Of a stretch of 64,000 nucleotides of DNA, positions 22,801 through 36,721 are shown piece by piece (within the stretch, counting starts at the first letter, position 1; each line of letters opens with the position of its first letter). Source of the stretch: Octopus sinensis (Eukaryota); contig NC_043010.1 of assembly GCF_006345805.1 (NCBI RefSeq), positions 52,266,001-52,330,000 on the forward strand, given 5' to 3'. Both the position numbers and the translations under genes were made by a program. The notes under the pieces are model-generated. The model worked only from the letters and a program-made list of their open reading frames with translations. It did not search any database and was not told where the DNA came from.

Positions 22801-25800
22801 GGATTTGAAAGTAAAGGGGAGGAATAGGAAGAAGGAATATTGAACATTCCAGAGAGGGGGATTTGAAGGTGAAGGGAAGGAATGGGAAGAAGGAATATTG
22901 AACATTCCAGAGAGGGGGATTTGAAGGTAAAGGGGAGGAGGAATGGGAAGAAGAATATTGAACATTCAGAGAGGGGGTTTTGAAGGTGAAGGGGAGGAAG
23001 GGAGGAAGGAATATTGAACATTCCAGAGAGGGGGGATTTGAAGGTGAAGGGGAGGAAGAATAGGAAGGAATATTGAACATTCCAGAGAGAGGGATTTGAA
23101 GGTAAAGGGGAGGAATGGAAGAAGGAATATTGAACATTCCAGAGAGGGGGATTTGAAGGTGAAGGGAGGAAGGGGAGGAAGGAATATTGAACATTCCAGA
23201 GAGGGGGATTGAAGGTAAATGGGAGGAATGGGAAAAGGAATATTGAACATTCCAGTGACGGGGATTTGAAGGTGAAGGTAAGGAATGGAAAGAAGGAATA
23301 TTGAACATTCCAGAGAGGGGGATTTGAAGGTAAATGGGAGGAATGGGAAAAGGAATATTGAACATTCCAGTGACGGGGATTTGAAGGTGAAGGGGAGGGA
23401 AAGGAGGAGGGAATATTGAACACTCCAGAGGGGGATTTGAGTATGAAGGGGATGAAGGGGAGGAAGGAATATTGAACATTCCAGAGAAGGGGATTTGATG
23501 GTGAAGGGGAGGAAGGGGAGGAAGAAATAATGAACATTCCAGAGAGGGCGATTTGAAGGTGAAGGGGAGGAAGGCGAGAAAGGAATATTGAACATTCCAG
23601 AGAGGGGGATTTAAAGGTGAAGAAGAGGAAGGAGAGGAAGGAATATTGAACATTCCAGTGGGGGGATTTAAAGGTGAAGGGGAGGAAGGGGAGGAAGGAA
23701 TATTGAACATTCCAGAGAGGGGCATTTGAAGGTGAAGGGGAGGAAGAGGATGAATGAATATTGAACATTCCAGAGAGGGGAATTTGAAGGTAAATGGGAG
23801 GAATGGGAAGAAGGAATATTGAACATTACAGAGAGGGGGATATGAAGGTGAAGGGTAGGAAGGAGAGGAAGGAATATTGAACATTCCAGAGAGGGGGATT
23901 TGAAGGTGAAGGGGAGGAAGGGGAGAAGGAATATTGAACATTCCAGAGAGGGGGATTTGAAGGTAAAGGGGAGGAATGGGAAGAAGGAATATTTAACATT
24001 CCAGAGAAGGGGAATTCAAGGTAAAGGGGAGGAATGGGGAAGAGAATATTGAACATTCCAGAGAGGGGATTTGAAGGTGAAGTAAGGAATGGGAAGAAGG
24101 AATATTGAGCATTCCAGAGAGGGGGATTTGAAGGTAAAGGGGAGGATTGGGAAGAAGGAATATTGAACATTCCAGAGAGGAGTATTTCAAGGTAAAGGGG
24201 AGGAATGGGAAGAAGGAATATTGAACATTCCAGAGAGGGGGATTTCAAGGTGAACGTAAGGAATGGGAAGAAGGAATATTGAACATTCCAGAGAGGGGGA
24301 TTTGAAGGTAAATGGGAGGAATGGGAAGAAGGAATACTGAACATTCCAGAGAGGGGGATTTCAATTAAAGGGGAGGAATGGGAAGAAGGAATATTGAACA
24401 TTCCAGAGAGGGGGATTGAAGGTGAAGTTAGGAATGGGAAAGGAATATTGAACATTCCAGAGAGGGGATTTGAAGGTGAAGTTAAGGAATGGGAAGAAGA
24501 ATATTGAACATTCCAGAGAGGAGGATTTGAAGGTAAAGGGGAGGAATGGGAAGAAGGAATATTGAACATTCCAGAGAGGGGATTTGAAGGTGATGGGGAG
24601 GAAGGGGAGGATGGAATATTGAACATTCCAGAGAGGGGGATTTGAAGATGAAGGGGAGGAAAAGGAGGAAGGAATATTGAACATTCCAGAGAGGGTGATT
24701 TGAAGATGAAGGGGAGGAATGGATGGAAGGAATATTGTACATTCCAGAGAGAGGGATTTGAAGGTGAGGGGGAGGAAGGGGAGGAAGGAATATTAAACAT
24801 TCCAGAGAGGGACATTTGAAGGTGAAGGGAGGAAGGGAGGAAGGATATTGAACATTCCAGAGGGGGGATTTTAAGGTGAAGGGGGAAGGAAGGGGAGAAG
24901 GAATATTGAACATTCCAGAGAGGGGCATTGAAGTGAAGGGGAGGAAGGAGAGGAAGGAATATTGTACATTCCAGAGAGAGGGATTTGAAGGTGAGTGGGG
25001 GGGAAGGGGAGGAAGAATATTTAAAATTCCAGAGAGGGGCATTTGAAGGCGAAGGGGAGGAAGGGGAGGAAGGAATATTGAACATCCAGAGGGGGGATTT
25101 TAAGGTGAAAAGGGGAAGGGGAGGAAGAAGGGAGGAAGGAATATTGAACATTCAGAGAGGGGCATTTGAAGGTGAAGGGGAGGAAGGGGAGAGGAAGGAA
25201 TATTGAAATTCCAGAGAGGGGATTTCAGGTGAAGGGGAGGAAGGGGAGGAAGGAATATTGAACATTCCAGAGAGGGGCATTTGAAGGTGAAGGGAGGAAG
25301 GGAGGAAGGAATATTGAACATTCCAGAGGGGGGGATTTTAAGGTGAAGGGGAGGAAGGGGAAAAAGGAATATTGAAATTCCAGAGAGGGGCATGAAGTGA
25401 AGGGGAGGAAGGGGAGAGAAGGAATATTGAACATTCCAGAGAGGGGATTTAAGGTGAAGGAGAGGAAGGGGTGGAAGGAATATTGAACATTCCAGAGAGG
25501 AGGATTTGAAGGTGAAGGTGAGGAATGGGAAGAAGGAATATTGAATATTCCAGAGGGGGGGATTTGAAGGTGAATGGGAGGAAGGGGAGGAAGGGGAGGA
25601 AGGGGAGGTAGGAAAATTGAACATTCCAGAGAGGCGCATTTGAAGGTGAAGGGGAGGAAGGGAAGGTAGGAATATTGAACATTCCAGAGAGGGGGATTTG
25701 AAGGTGAATGTAAGGAATGGTAAGAAGGAATATTGAACATTCCAGAGAGGAGGATTTGAAGGTGAAGGGGAGGAAGGGGAGGAAGGAATATTGAACATAC

Positions 25801-28800
25801 AAGAGGGGGGATTTCAAGATGAAGGGGAGGAAGGGTAGGAAGGAATACTGAACATTCCTGAGAAGGGGATTTTAATTTGAATGGGAGGAGGCGAGGAAGG
25901 AACATTGAACATTCCAGAGAGGGGGATTTTAAGGTGAAGTGGAGGAAGGGGAGAAAGGAATATTGAACATTCCAGAGAGGGGCATTTGAAGGTGAAGGGG
26001 AGGAAGGGCAGGAAGGAATATTGAACATTCCAGAGAGGGGATTTCAGGTGAAGGGGAGGAAGGGGAGGAAGGAATATTGAACATTCCAGAGAGGGGCATT
26101 TGGAGGTGAAGGCAGGAAGGGGAGGAAGGAATATTGAACATTCCAGAGGGGGGAATTTAAGGTGAAGGGGAGGAAGGGGAAAAAGGAATATTGAACATTC
26201 CAGAGAGGGGCATTTGAAGGTGAAGGGGAGGAAGGGGAGGAAGGAATATTGAACATTCCAGAGAGGGGATTTAAGGTGAAGGAGAGGAAGGGGTGGAAGG
26301 AATATTGAACATTCCAGAGAGGAGGATTTGAAGGTGAAGCTGAGGAATGGGAAGAAGGAATATTGAATATTCCAGAGGGGGGGATTTGAAGGTGAATGGG
26401 AGGAAGGGGAGGAAGGGGAGGAAGGAAAATTGAACATTCCAGAGAGGGGCATTTGAAGGTGAAGGGGAGGAAGGGAAGGGAGGAATATTGAACATTCCAG
26501 AGAGGGGAATTTGAAGGTGAAGGGGAGGAAGAGGATGAATGAATATTGAACATTCCAGAGAGGGGAATTTGAAGGTAAATGGGAGGAATGGGAAGAAGGA
26601 ATATTGAACATTACAGAGAGGGGGATATGAAGGTGAAGGGGAGGAAGGAGAGGAAGGAATATTGAACATTCCAGAGAGGGGGATTTGAAGGTGAAGGTGA
26701 GGAAGGAATATTGAACATTCCAGAGAGGGGGATTTGAAGGTAAAGGGGAGGAATGGGAGAAGGAATATTGAACATTCCAGAGAGGGGGAATTGAAGGTGA
26801 AGGGGAGGATGGGAAGGAAGGAATATTGAACATTCCAGAGAGGGGATTTGAAGTTGAAGGGGAGGAGGGAGGAGGGAATATTGAAGATTCCAGAGGGGAT
26901 TTGAAGGTGAAGGGAGGAAGGGGAGGAAGGAATATTGAACATTCCAGATCAGGGGGATTTGAAGGTGAAGGGGAGGAAGGGGAGGAAGGAATATTGAACA
27001 TTCCAGAGAGGGGATTTGAATGTGAAGGGGAGGAAGGGGATGAATGAATATTGAACATTCCAGAGAGGGGGATTTGAAGGTGAAGGGGAGGAAGGGAAGA
27101 AGGAATATTGAACATTACAGAAGGGGGATATGAAGTGAAGGGGAGGAAGAGATGAAGGAATATTGAACATTCCAGAGAGGGGGATTTGAAGGTGAAGGGG
27201 AGGAAGGGGAGGAAGGAATATTGAACATTCCAGAGAGGGGGTTTGAAGGTAAAGGGGAGGAATGGGAAGAAGGAATATTGAACATTCCAGAGAAGGGGAA
27301 TTCAAGGTAAAGGGAAGGAATGGGAAGGAGGAATATTGAACATTCCAGAGAGGGGGATTTGAAGGTGAAGGTAAGGAATGGGAAGAAGGAATATTGAACA
27401 TTCCACAGAGGGGGAATTGAAGGTTAATGTAAGGAATGGGAAGAAGGAATATTGAGCATTCCAGAGAGGGGGATTTGAAGGTAAAGGGGAGGAATGGGAA
27501 GAAGGAATATTGAACATTCCAGAGAGGCGGATTTCAAGGTAAAGGGGAGGAATGGGAAGAAGGAATATTGAACATTTCAGAGAGGGGGATTTCAAGGTGA
27601 ACGTAAGGAATGTGAAGAAGGAATATTGAACATTCAAGAGAGGGGGATTTGAAGGTAAATGGGAGGAATGGGAATGAGGAATACTGAACATTCCAGAGAG
27701 GGGGATTTCAATTAAAGGGGAGGAATGGGAAGAAGGAATATTGAACATTCCAGAGAGGGGGATTTGAAGGTGAAGTTAAGGAATGGGAAGAAGGAATATT
27801 GAACATTCCAGAGAGGGGGATTTGAAGGTGAACGTAAGGAATGGGAAGAAGGAATATTGAACATTCCAGAGAGGGGGATTTGAAGGTAAATGGGAGGAAT
27901 GGGAATAAGGAATACTGAACATTCCAGAGAGGGGGATTTCAATTAAAGGGGAGGAATGGGAAGAAGGAATATTGAACATTCCAGAGAGGGGGATTTGAAG
28001 GTGAAGTTAAGGAATGGGAAGAAGGAATATTGAACATTCCAGAGAGGGGGATTTGAAGGTGAAATTAAGGAATGGGAAGAAGGAATATTGAACATTCCAG
28101 AGAGGGGGATTTGAAGGTAAAGGGGAGGAATGGGAAGAAGCAATATTGAACATTCCAGAGAGGGGATTTGAAGGTGATGGGGAGGAAGGGGAGGATGGAA
28201 TATTGAACATTCCAGAGAGGGGGATTTGAAGATGAAGGGGAGGAAAAGGAGGAAGGAATATTGAACATTCCACAGAGGGGGATTTGAAGATGAAGGGGAG
28301 GAAGGGAAGGAAGGAATATTGTACATTCCAGAGAGAGGGATTTGAAGGTGAGGGGGTGGAAGGGGAGCAGGTATATTAAACATTCCAGAGAGGGGCATTT
28401 GAAGGTGAAGGGGAGGAAGGGGAGGAAGGAATATTGAACATTCCAGAGGGGGGATTTTAAGGTGAAGGGGAGGAAGGGGAGGAAGTAATATTGAACATTC
28501 CAGAGAGGGGATTTCAGGTGAAGGGGAGGAAGGGGAGGAAGGAATATTGAACATTCCAGAGAGGGGCATTTGAAGGTGAAGGGGAGGAAGGGGAGGAAGG
28601 AATATTGAACATTCCAGAGGGGGGATTTTAAGGTGAAGGGGAGGAAGGGGAAAAAGGAATATTGAAAATTCCAGAGAGGGTTATTTGAAGGTGAAGGGGA
28701 GGAAGGGGAGGAAGGAATATTGAACATTCCAGAGAGGGGATTTAAGGTGAAGGAGAGGAAGGGGTGGAAGGAATATTGAACATTCCAGAGAGGAGGATTT

Positions 28801-31800
28801 GAAGGTGAAGGTGAGGAATGCGAAGAAGGAATATTGAATATTCCAGAGGGGGGGATTTGAAGGTGAATGGGAGGAAGGGGAGGAAGGGGAGGAAGGAATA
28901 TTGAACATTCCAGAGAGGGGCATTTGAAGGTGAAGGGGAGGAAGGGAAGGAAGGAATATTGAACATTCCAGAGAGGAGGATTTGAAGGTGAAGGGGAGGA
29001 AGGGGAGGAAGGAATATTGAACATTCAAGAGGGGGGATTTGAAGATGAAGGGGAGGAAGGGTAGGAAGGAATACTGAACATTCCAGAGAAGGGGATTTTA
29101 ATTTGAAGGGGAGGAGGCGAGGAAGGAACATTGAACATTCCAGAGAGGGGGATTTTAAGGTGAAGGGGAGGAAGGGGAGAAAGGAATATTGAACATTCCA
29201 GAGAGGGGCATTTGAAGGTGAAGGGGAGGAAGTTGAGGAAGGAATATTGAACATTCCAGAGAGGGGATTTCAGGTGAAGGGGAGGAAGGGGAGGAAGGAA
29301 TATTGAACATTCCAGAGAGGGGCATTTGAAGGTGAAGGGGAGGAAGGGGAGGAAGGAATATTGAACATTCCAGAGGGGGGGATTTTAAGGTGAAGGGGAG
29401 GAAGGGGAAAAAGGAATATTGAACATTCCAGAGAGGGGCATTTGAAGGTGAAGGGGAGGAAGGGGAGGAAGGAATATTGAACATTCCAGAGAGGGGATTT
29501 AAGGTGAAGGAGAGGAAGGGGTGGAAGGAATATTGAACATTCCAGAGAGGAGGATTTGAAGGTGAAGTTGAGGAAAGGGAAGAAGGAATATTGAATATTC
29601 CAGAGGGGGGGATTTGAAGGTGAATGGGAGGAAGGGGAGGAAGGAAAATTGAACATTCCAGAGAGGGGCATTTGAAGGTGAAGGGGAGGAAGGGAAGGAA
29701 GGAATATTGAACATTCCAGAGAGGGGGATTTGAAGGTGAATGTAAGGAATGGTAAGAAGGAATATTGAACATTGCAGAGATGGGGATTTGAAGATGAAGG
29801 GGAGGAGGGGAGGAAGGAATATTGAACATTCCAGAGAGGGTGATTTGAAGATGAAGGGGAGGAAGGGGAGGAAGGGGATGAAGGAATATTGAACATTCCA
29901 GAGAGGAGGATTTGAAGGTGAAGGGAGGAAGGGGAGAAGGAATATTGAACTTTTCAGAGAGAGGAGGATTTCAAGGTGAAGGTAAGGAATGGGAAGAAGG
30001 AAGGAATATTGAACATTCCAGAGAAGGGGATTTTAATTTGAAGGGGAGGAGGCGAGGAAGGAACATTGAACATTCCAGAGAGGGGGATTTTAAGGTGAAG
30101 GAGAGGAATGGGAAGAAGGAATATTGAACATTCCAGAGAGGCCGATTTGAAGGTAAAGGAGAGGAATGGGATGAAGGAATATTGAACATTCCAGAGAGGG
30201 GGATTTGAAGGTGAAGGTAAGGAATGGGAAGAAGGAATATTGAACAATCCAGAGAGGGGGATTTGGAGGTGAAGGGGAGGAATGGGAAGAAGGAATATTC
30301 TACATTCCAGAGAGGCGGATTTGAAGGTAAAGGGGAGGAAGGGGACGAAGGAATATTAAACATTCCAGAGAGGGGGATTTGATGATAATGGGGAGTAAGG
30401 TGAGGAAGGAATATTGAACATTGCAGTGAGGGCGATTTGAAATGAAGGGGAGGAAGGGGAGGAAGGAATATTGAACATTCCAGAGAGGGGGATTTGAAGG
30501 TGAAGGGGAGGAAAAGGAGGAAGGAATATTGAACATTCCAGAGAGGGGGATTTGAAGATGAAGCGGAGGAAGGGGAAGAGGGAATATTGAACATTCCAGA
30601 GAGGAGTATTTGAAGGTGAAGGGGAGGAAGGGGAGGAAGGAATATTGAACATTCCAGAGAGGGGGATTTGAAGGTGAAGGGGAGGAAGGGTAGGAAAAGA
30701 GACTGAACATTCCAGAGAGCGGGATTTGAAGGTGAATTGGAGGTAGGGGAGGAATGTATATTGAACATTCCAGAGAGTGGGATTTTAAGGTGACGGGGAG
30801 GAAGGAATATTGAACATTCCAGAGAGGGGGATTTGAAGGTAAAGGAGAGGAATGGGAAAAAGGAATATTCAACATTCCATAGGGAAGATTTGAAGGTGAA
30901 GAGGAGGAATGGGTACAAGGAATATTGAACATTCCAGAGAGGGTGATTTCAAGGTAAAGGGGATGAATGGGAAGAAGGAATATTGAACTTTTCAGAGAGA
31001 GGAGGATTTCAAGGTGAAGGTAAGGAATGGGAAGAAGGAATATTGAACATTCCAGAGAGGGGGATTTGGAGGTGAAGGGGAGGAATGGGAGGAAGGAATA
31101 TTGAACATTCCAGAGAGGGAGATTTGAAGGTGAAGGGCAGGAATGGGAAGGAGGAATATTCAACATTCCAGAGAGGGGGATTTGAAGGTAAGCGGGATGA
31201 ATGGGAAGAAGCAATATTGAACATTCCAGACAGGGGGATTTGAAGGTGAAGGGGAGGAAGGGGAGGAAGGGAATATTGAACATTCCATAATAAATAAATA
31301 AAACCGGTTTGAATGTGAAGGGGAGGAATGGGAAGAAGGAATATTGAACATTCCAGACAGGGGGATTTTAAGGTAATGGGGAGGAAGGTGAGGAAGGAAT
31401 ATTGAACATTGCAGAGAGGGGGATTTGAAATGAAGGGGAGGAATGGGAAGAAGGCATATTCAACATTGCAGACAGGGGGATTTGAAGCTTAAAGGGATGA
31501 AGGTGAAGAAGGAATATTGAACATTACATAGAGGGGGATTTGAAGGTGAAGGGGAGGAAGGGGAGGATGGAATATTGAACATTCCAGAGAGGAGGATTTT
31601 AAGGTGAAGGGGAGGAATGGGAAAAAGGAATATTAAACATTCCAGGGAGGGGGATTTGAAGATAAAGGGAAGGAATGGGAAGAAGGAATATTGAACATTC
31701 CAGAGAGAGGGATTTGAAGGTAAAGGGAGGATTGGGTCTAAAGGAATATTGAACATTCCAGAGAGAGGGATTTGAAGGTAAATGTGACGAATGGGAAGAT

Positions 31801-33623
31801 GGAATATTGAACATTACATAGGGGGGATTTGAAGGTGAAGGGGAGGAATGGGAAGAAAGAATATTGAACATTCCAGAGAGGGAGATTTCAAGGTAAAGGA
31901 GAGGAATGGGAAGAAGGATTATTGAACATTCCAGAGAGGATGATTTAAAGGTAAAGGGGAGGAATGGGAAGAAGGAATATTGAACATTTCAGAGAGGGGG
32001 ATTTGAAGGTAAAGGGGAGGAATGGGAAGAAGGAATATTGAACATTCCGGGGGGAGGAGGATTTGAAGGTGAAGGGGAGGAATGGGAAGAAGGAATATTG
32101 AACATTACAGAGAAGGGGATTTGAAGGTAATTGGGTGGAATGGGAAGAAGGAATATTCAACATTCCACAAAGGGGAATTTAAGGGTAAAGGGGAGGAATG
32201 GGAAGAAGGAATATCGAACATTCCAGAGGGGGATTTGAAGGTGAAGGTAAGGAATGGGAAGAAGGAATATTGAACATTCCGGAGAGGGGGATTTGAAGGT
32301 AAAGGGGAAGAATGGGAACAAGGAATATTGAACATTCCAGAGAGGGGATTTGAAGGTAATGGGGAGGAAGGTGAGGAAGGAATATTGAACATTGCAGAGA
32401 TGGGGATTTCAAGATGAAGGGGAGGAGGGGAGGAAGGAATATTGAACATTCCAGAGAGGGGGATTTGAAGATGAAGGGGAGGAAGGGGATGAAGGAATAT
32501 TGAACATTCCAGAGAGGAGGATTTGAAGGTGAAGGGGAGGAAGGGGAGGAAGGAATATTGAACATTCAAGAGGGGGAATTTGAAGATGAAGGGGAGGAAG
32601 GTTATGAAGGAATATAGAACATTCCAGAGGAAGGGGATTTTAATTTGAAGGGGTGGAAGCGGATGAAGGAACATTGAACATTCCAGAGAGGGGATTTTAA
32701 GGTGAAGCGGAGGAATGGGAAGAAGGAATATTGAACATTCCAGAGTGGGGGATTTAAAGGTAAAGTGGAGGAATGGGATGAAGGAATATTGAACATTCCG
32801 GAGAGGGAGATTTGAAGGTGAAGGGGAGGAATGGGAAGAAGGAATATTGAACATTCCAGAGAGGGGGATTTGAAGGTGATGGGAGGAAGGGGAGGAAGGA
32901 ATATTGATTATTCCAGAGAGGGGGATTTGACGGTGAATGGGAGGAAAAGGAGGAAGGAATATTGAACATTCCAGAGAGGGGGATTTGAAGGTGAATTGGA
33001 GGTGGGAGGAATTTTTATTGAACATTCCAGAGAGTGGGATTTTAAAGTGAAGGGGAGGAAGGAATATTGAACATTCCAGAGAGGGGGATTTGAAGGTAAA
33101 GGGGAGGAACGGGAAGAAGGAATATTCAACATTCCATAGGGAGGATTTGAAGGTGAAGGGGAGGAATGGGAAGAAGGATTATTCAACATTCCAGAGAGGG
33201 AGATTTCAAGGTAAAGGTAAGAAATGGGAAGAAGGAATATTGAACATTCCAGAGAGGGGGATTTGAAGGTGAAGGGGAGGAATGGGAAGAAGGAATATTC
33301 AACATTCCAGAGAGGGAGATCTGAAGGTAAGCGGGATGAATGGGAAGAAGCAAATTTGAACATTCCAGACAGGGGGATTTGAAGGTGAAGGGGAGGAAGA
33401 TGAATGGGAGGAAGGTGAGGAAGGACTATTGAACATTCCATAATAAATAAATAAAACCGGTTTCAAGGTGAAGGGGAGGAATGGGTAGATGGATTATTGA
33501 ACATTCCAGAGAGGGAGATTTGGAGGTGAACGGGAGGAATGGGAAGAAGGAATATTGAACATTCCATAGAGGGGGATTTGAAGGTTAAGGGGAGGAATGG
33601 GAAGAAGGAATATTGAACATTCC
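7879..33623 (+). repeat. Satellite A: ~57-58-bp tandem array, roughly 450 monomers
   Basis: Consensus GGAATATTGAACATTCCAGAGAGGGGGATTTGAAGGT(G/A)AAGGGGAGGAA(GGGGAG/TGGGAA)GAA. Measured period 8293->8350 = 57. Uniform orientation throughout; the count is length divided by period. Confidence 0.97.
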
Positions 33624-33818
33624 AGTTCAAACCGGTTCAAACTGGTTCAAACCGGTTCAAACTGGTTCAAATCTATAAATAGTATCTATAAATAGAATCT
33701 ATAAATAGAATCTATAAATAGAATCTATAAATAGAATCTATAAATAGAATCTATAAATAGAATCTATAAATAGTACCTATAAATAGAATCTATAAATAGA
33801 ATCTATAAATAGAATCTA

Positions 33819-33854
<36 letters not shown>

Positions 33855-35080
33855 AGAATCTATAATTAGAATCTATAAATAGAATCTATAAAAAGAATCT
33901 ATAAATAGAATCTATAAATAGTATCTATAAATAGAATCTATAAATAGAATCTATAAATAAATAAATAAATAAATAAATAAATAGAATCTATAAATAGAAT
34001 CTATAAATAGAATCTATAAATAGAATCTATAAATAGTATCTATCAATGGAATCTATAAATAGAATCTATAAATAGAATCTATAAATAAATAAATAAATAA
34101 ATAGAATCTATAAATAGAATCTACAAATAGAATCTATAAATAGAATCTATAAATAGAATCTATAAATAGAATCTATAAAAAAATAAATAAATAAATAAAT
34201 AAATAGAATCTATAAATAGAGTCTGTAAATAGAATCTATAAAGAGAACCTATAAATAGTATCTACAAATAGAATCTATAAATAGAATCTATAAATAGTAT
34301 CTATAAATAGAATCTATATATAGAATCTATAAATAGTACCTATAAACAGAATCTATAAATAGAATCTATAAATAGAATCTATAAATAAATAAATAAATAA
34401 ATAAAAAATAAATAAATAAATAGAATCTATTATTCTATAAATAGAATCTATGAATAGAATCTATTTATGGACACTATTTATTTATTTATTTCTTTATTTA
34501 TTTATTTCAAACTGGTTCAAACCGGTTCATACCGTTCAAACCGGATCAAACCAGTTCAAACACTTTCATCAAACGTTTTTCATTAGACATTTTCATCAAA
34601 CATTTTTCATCGGACATATTCATCAGACATTTTCATCAAAAATTTTCATCAAACATTTTCATCAAACATTTTCATCAGACATTTTGATCCGGTTTGAACC
34701 GGTTTTATTCGATTTGTACCAGTTTCATCCGGTTTAAACCGTATCAAACCAATTCAAACTGGTTCAAGCCGGTTCAAACCGGATCAAACCAATTCGAACC
34801 GGTTCAAACCGGGTCAAACCAGTTCAAACCGGTTCAAACTGGTTCAAAACGATTCAAACTGGTTCAAATCTATAAATAGTATCTATAAATAGAATCTATA
34901 AATAGAATCTATAAATAGAATCTATAAATAGAATCTATAAATAGTATCTATAAATAGAATCTATATATAGAATCTATAAATAGTACCTATAAATAGAATC
35001 TATAAATAGAATCTATAAATACAATCTACACATAGAATCTATAAATAGAATCTATAAATAGAATCTATAAATAGAATCTA

Positions 35081-35111
<31 letters not shown>

Positions 35112-35983
35112 CTAGTATCTATAAATAGAGTCTGTAAATAGAATCTATAAATAGAATCTATAAATAGAATCTACAAATAGAATCTATAAATAGAATCTAT
35201 AAATAGTATCTATAAATAGAATCTATAAATAGAATCTATATATAGAATCTATAAATAAATAAATAAATGAATAAATAAATAAATAAATAAATAGAATCTA
35301 TAAATAGAATCTATAAATAGAATCTATTTATAGATACTATTTATTTATTTATTTATTTATTTATAGATTCTATTTATAGATTCTATAAATAGATTCTATT
35401 TATAGATTCTATAAATAGAATCTATGAATAGAATCTATTTATGGACACTATATATTTATTTATTTATTTATTTATTTATTTCAAACTGGTTCAAACCGGA
35501 TCAAACCAGTTCAAACACTTTCATCAAACGTTTTTCATTAGACATTTTCATCAAACATTTTTCATCAGACATATTCATCAGACATTTTCATCAAAAATTT
35601 TCATCAAACACTTTCATCAAACATTTTCATCAGACATTTTGATCCGGTTTGAACCGGTTTTATTCGATTTGTACCAGTTTGGTCCGGTTTAAACCGTATC
35701 AAACCAATTCAAACTGGTTCAAGCCGGTTCAAACCGGATCAAACCAATTCAAACCGGTTCAAACAGGGTCAAACCAGTTCAAACCGGTTCAAACTGGTTC
35801 AAAACGATTCAAACTGGTTCAAATCTATAAATAGTATCTATAAATAGAATCTATAAATAGAATCTATAAATGGAATCTATAAAAAGAATCTATAAATAGA
35901 ATCTATAAATAGAATGTATAAATAGAATCTATAAATAGTATCTATAAATAGAATCTATAAATAGAATCTATAAATAGAATCTA

Positions 35984-36014
<31 letters not shown>

Positions 36015-36299
36015 ATAGAATCTATAAATAGAATCCATAAAGAGAATCTATAAATAGAATCTATAAATAGAATCTATAAATAGAATCTATAAATTGAATC
36101 TATAAATAAATAAATAAATAAATAGTATCTATAAATAGAATCTATAAATAGAATCTATAAATAGAATCTAACAATAAATAAATAAATGAATAAATAAATA
36201 AATATATAAATAAATAAATAGAATCTATAAATGGAATCTATAAATAGAATCTATAAATAGAATCTATAAATAAATAAATAAATAAATAAATAGTATCTA

Positions 36300-36467
36300 G
36301 CAGGGGTGGCTGTGTGGTAAGTAGCTTGCTAACCCACCACATGGTTCCGGGTTCAGTCCCACTGCGTGGCATCTTGGGCAACTGTCTTCTGCTATAGCCC
36401 CGGGCCGACCAATGCCTTGTGAGTGGATTTGGTAGACGGAAACTGAAAGAATCCTGTCCTATATATG

Positions 36468-36498
<31 letters not shown>

Positions 36499-36721
36499 TT
36501 GTGTGTCTGTGTTTGTTCCCCTAGCATTGCTTGACAACCGATGCTGGTGTGTTTACGTCCCCGTCACTTAGCGGTTTGGCAAAAAGAGACCGATAGAATA
36601 AGTACTGGGCTTACAAAAAGAATGAGTCCCGGGGTCGAGTTGCTCGACTAAAAGGCGGTGCTCCAGCATGGCCGCAGTCAAAATGACTGAAACAAGTAAA
36701 AGAGTAAAGAGAGTAAAAGAG
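36300..36721 (+). mobile_element. Full-length SINE family 1 inserted in satellite B
   Basis: tatcta|gcaggggtggctgtgtggtaag...gagtaaaagag|taaatagaatc. Confidence 0.92.

Noticed and set aside
7759-33441. Dozens of long Pro/Ser/Phe-rich minus-strand ORFs (up to 1226 aa) and Gly/Glu-rich plus-strand ORFs
   Set aside because: They are translations of satellite A in all three overlapping frames with the monomer period. There is no frame preference, splice structure or domain.
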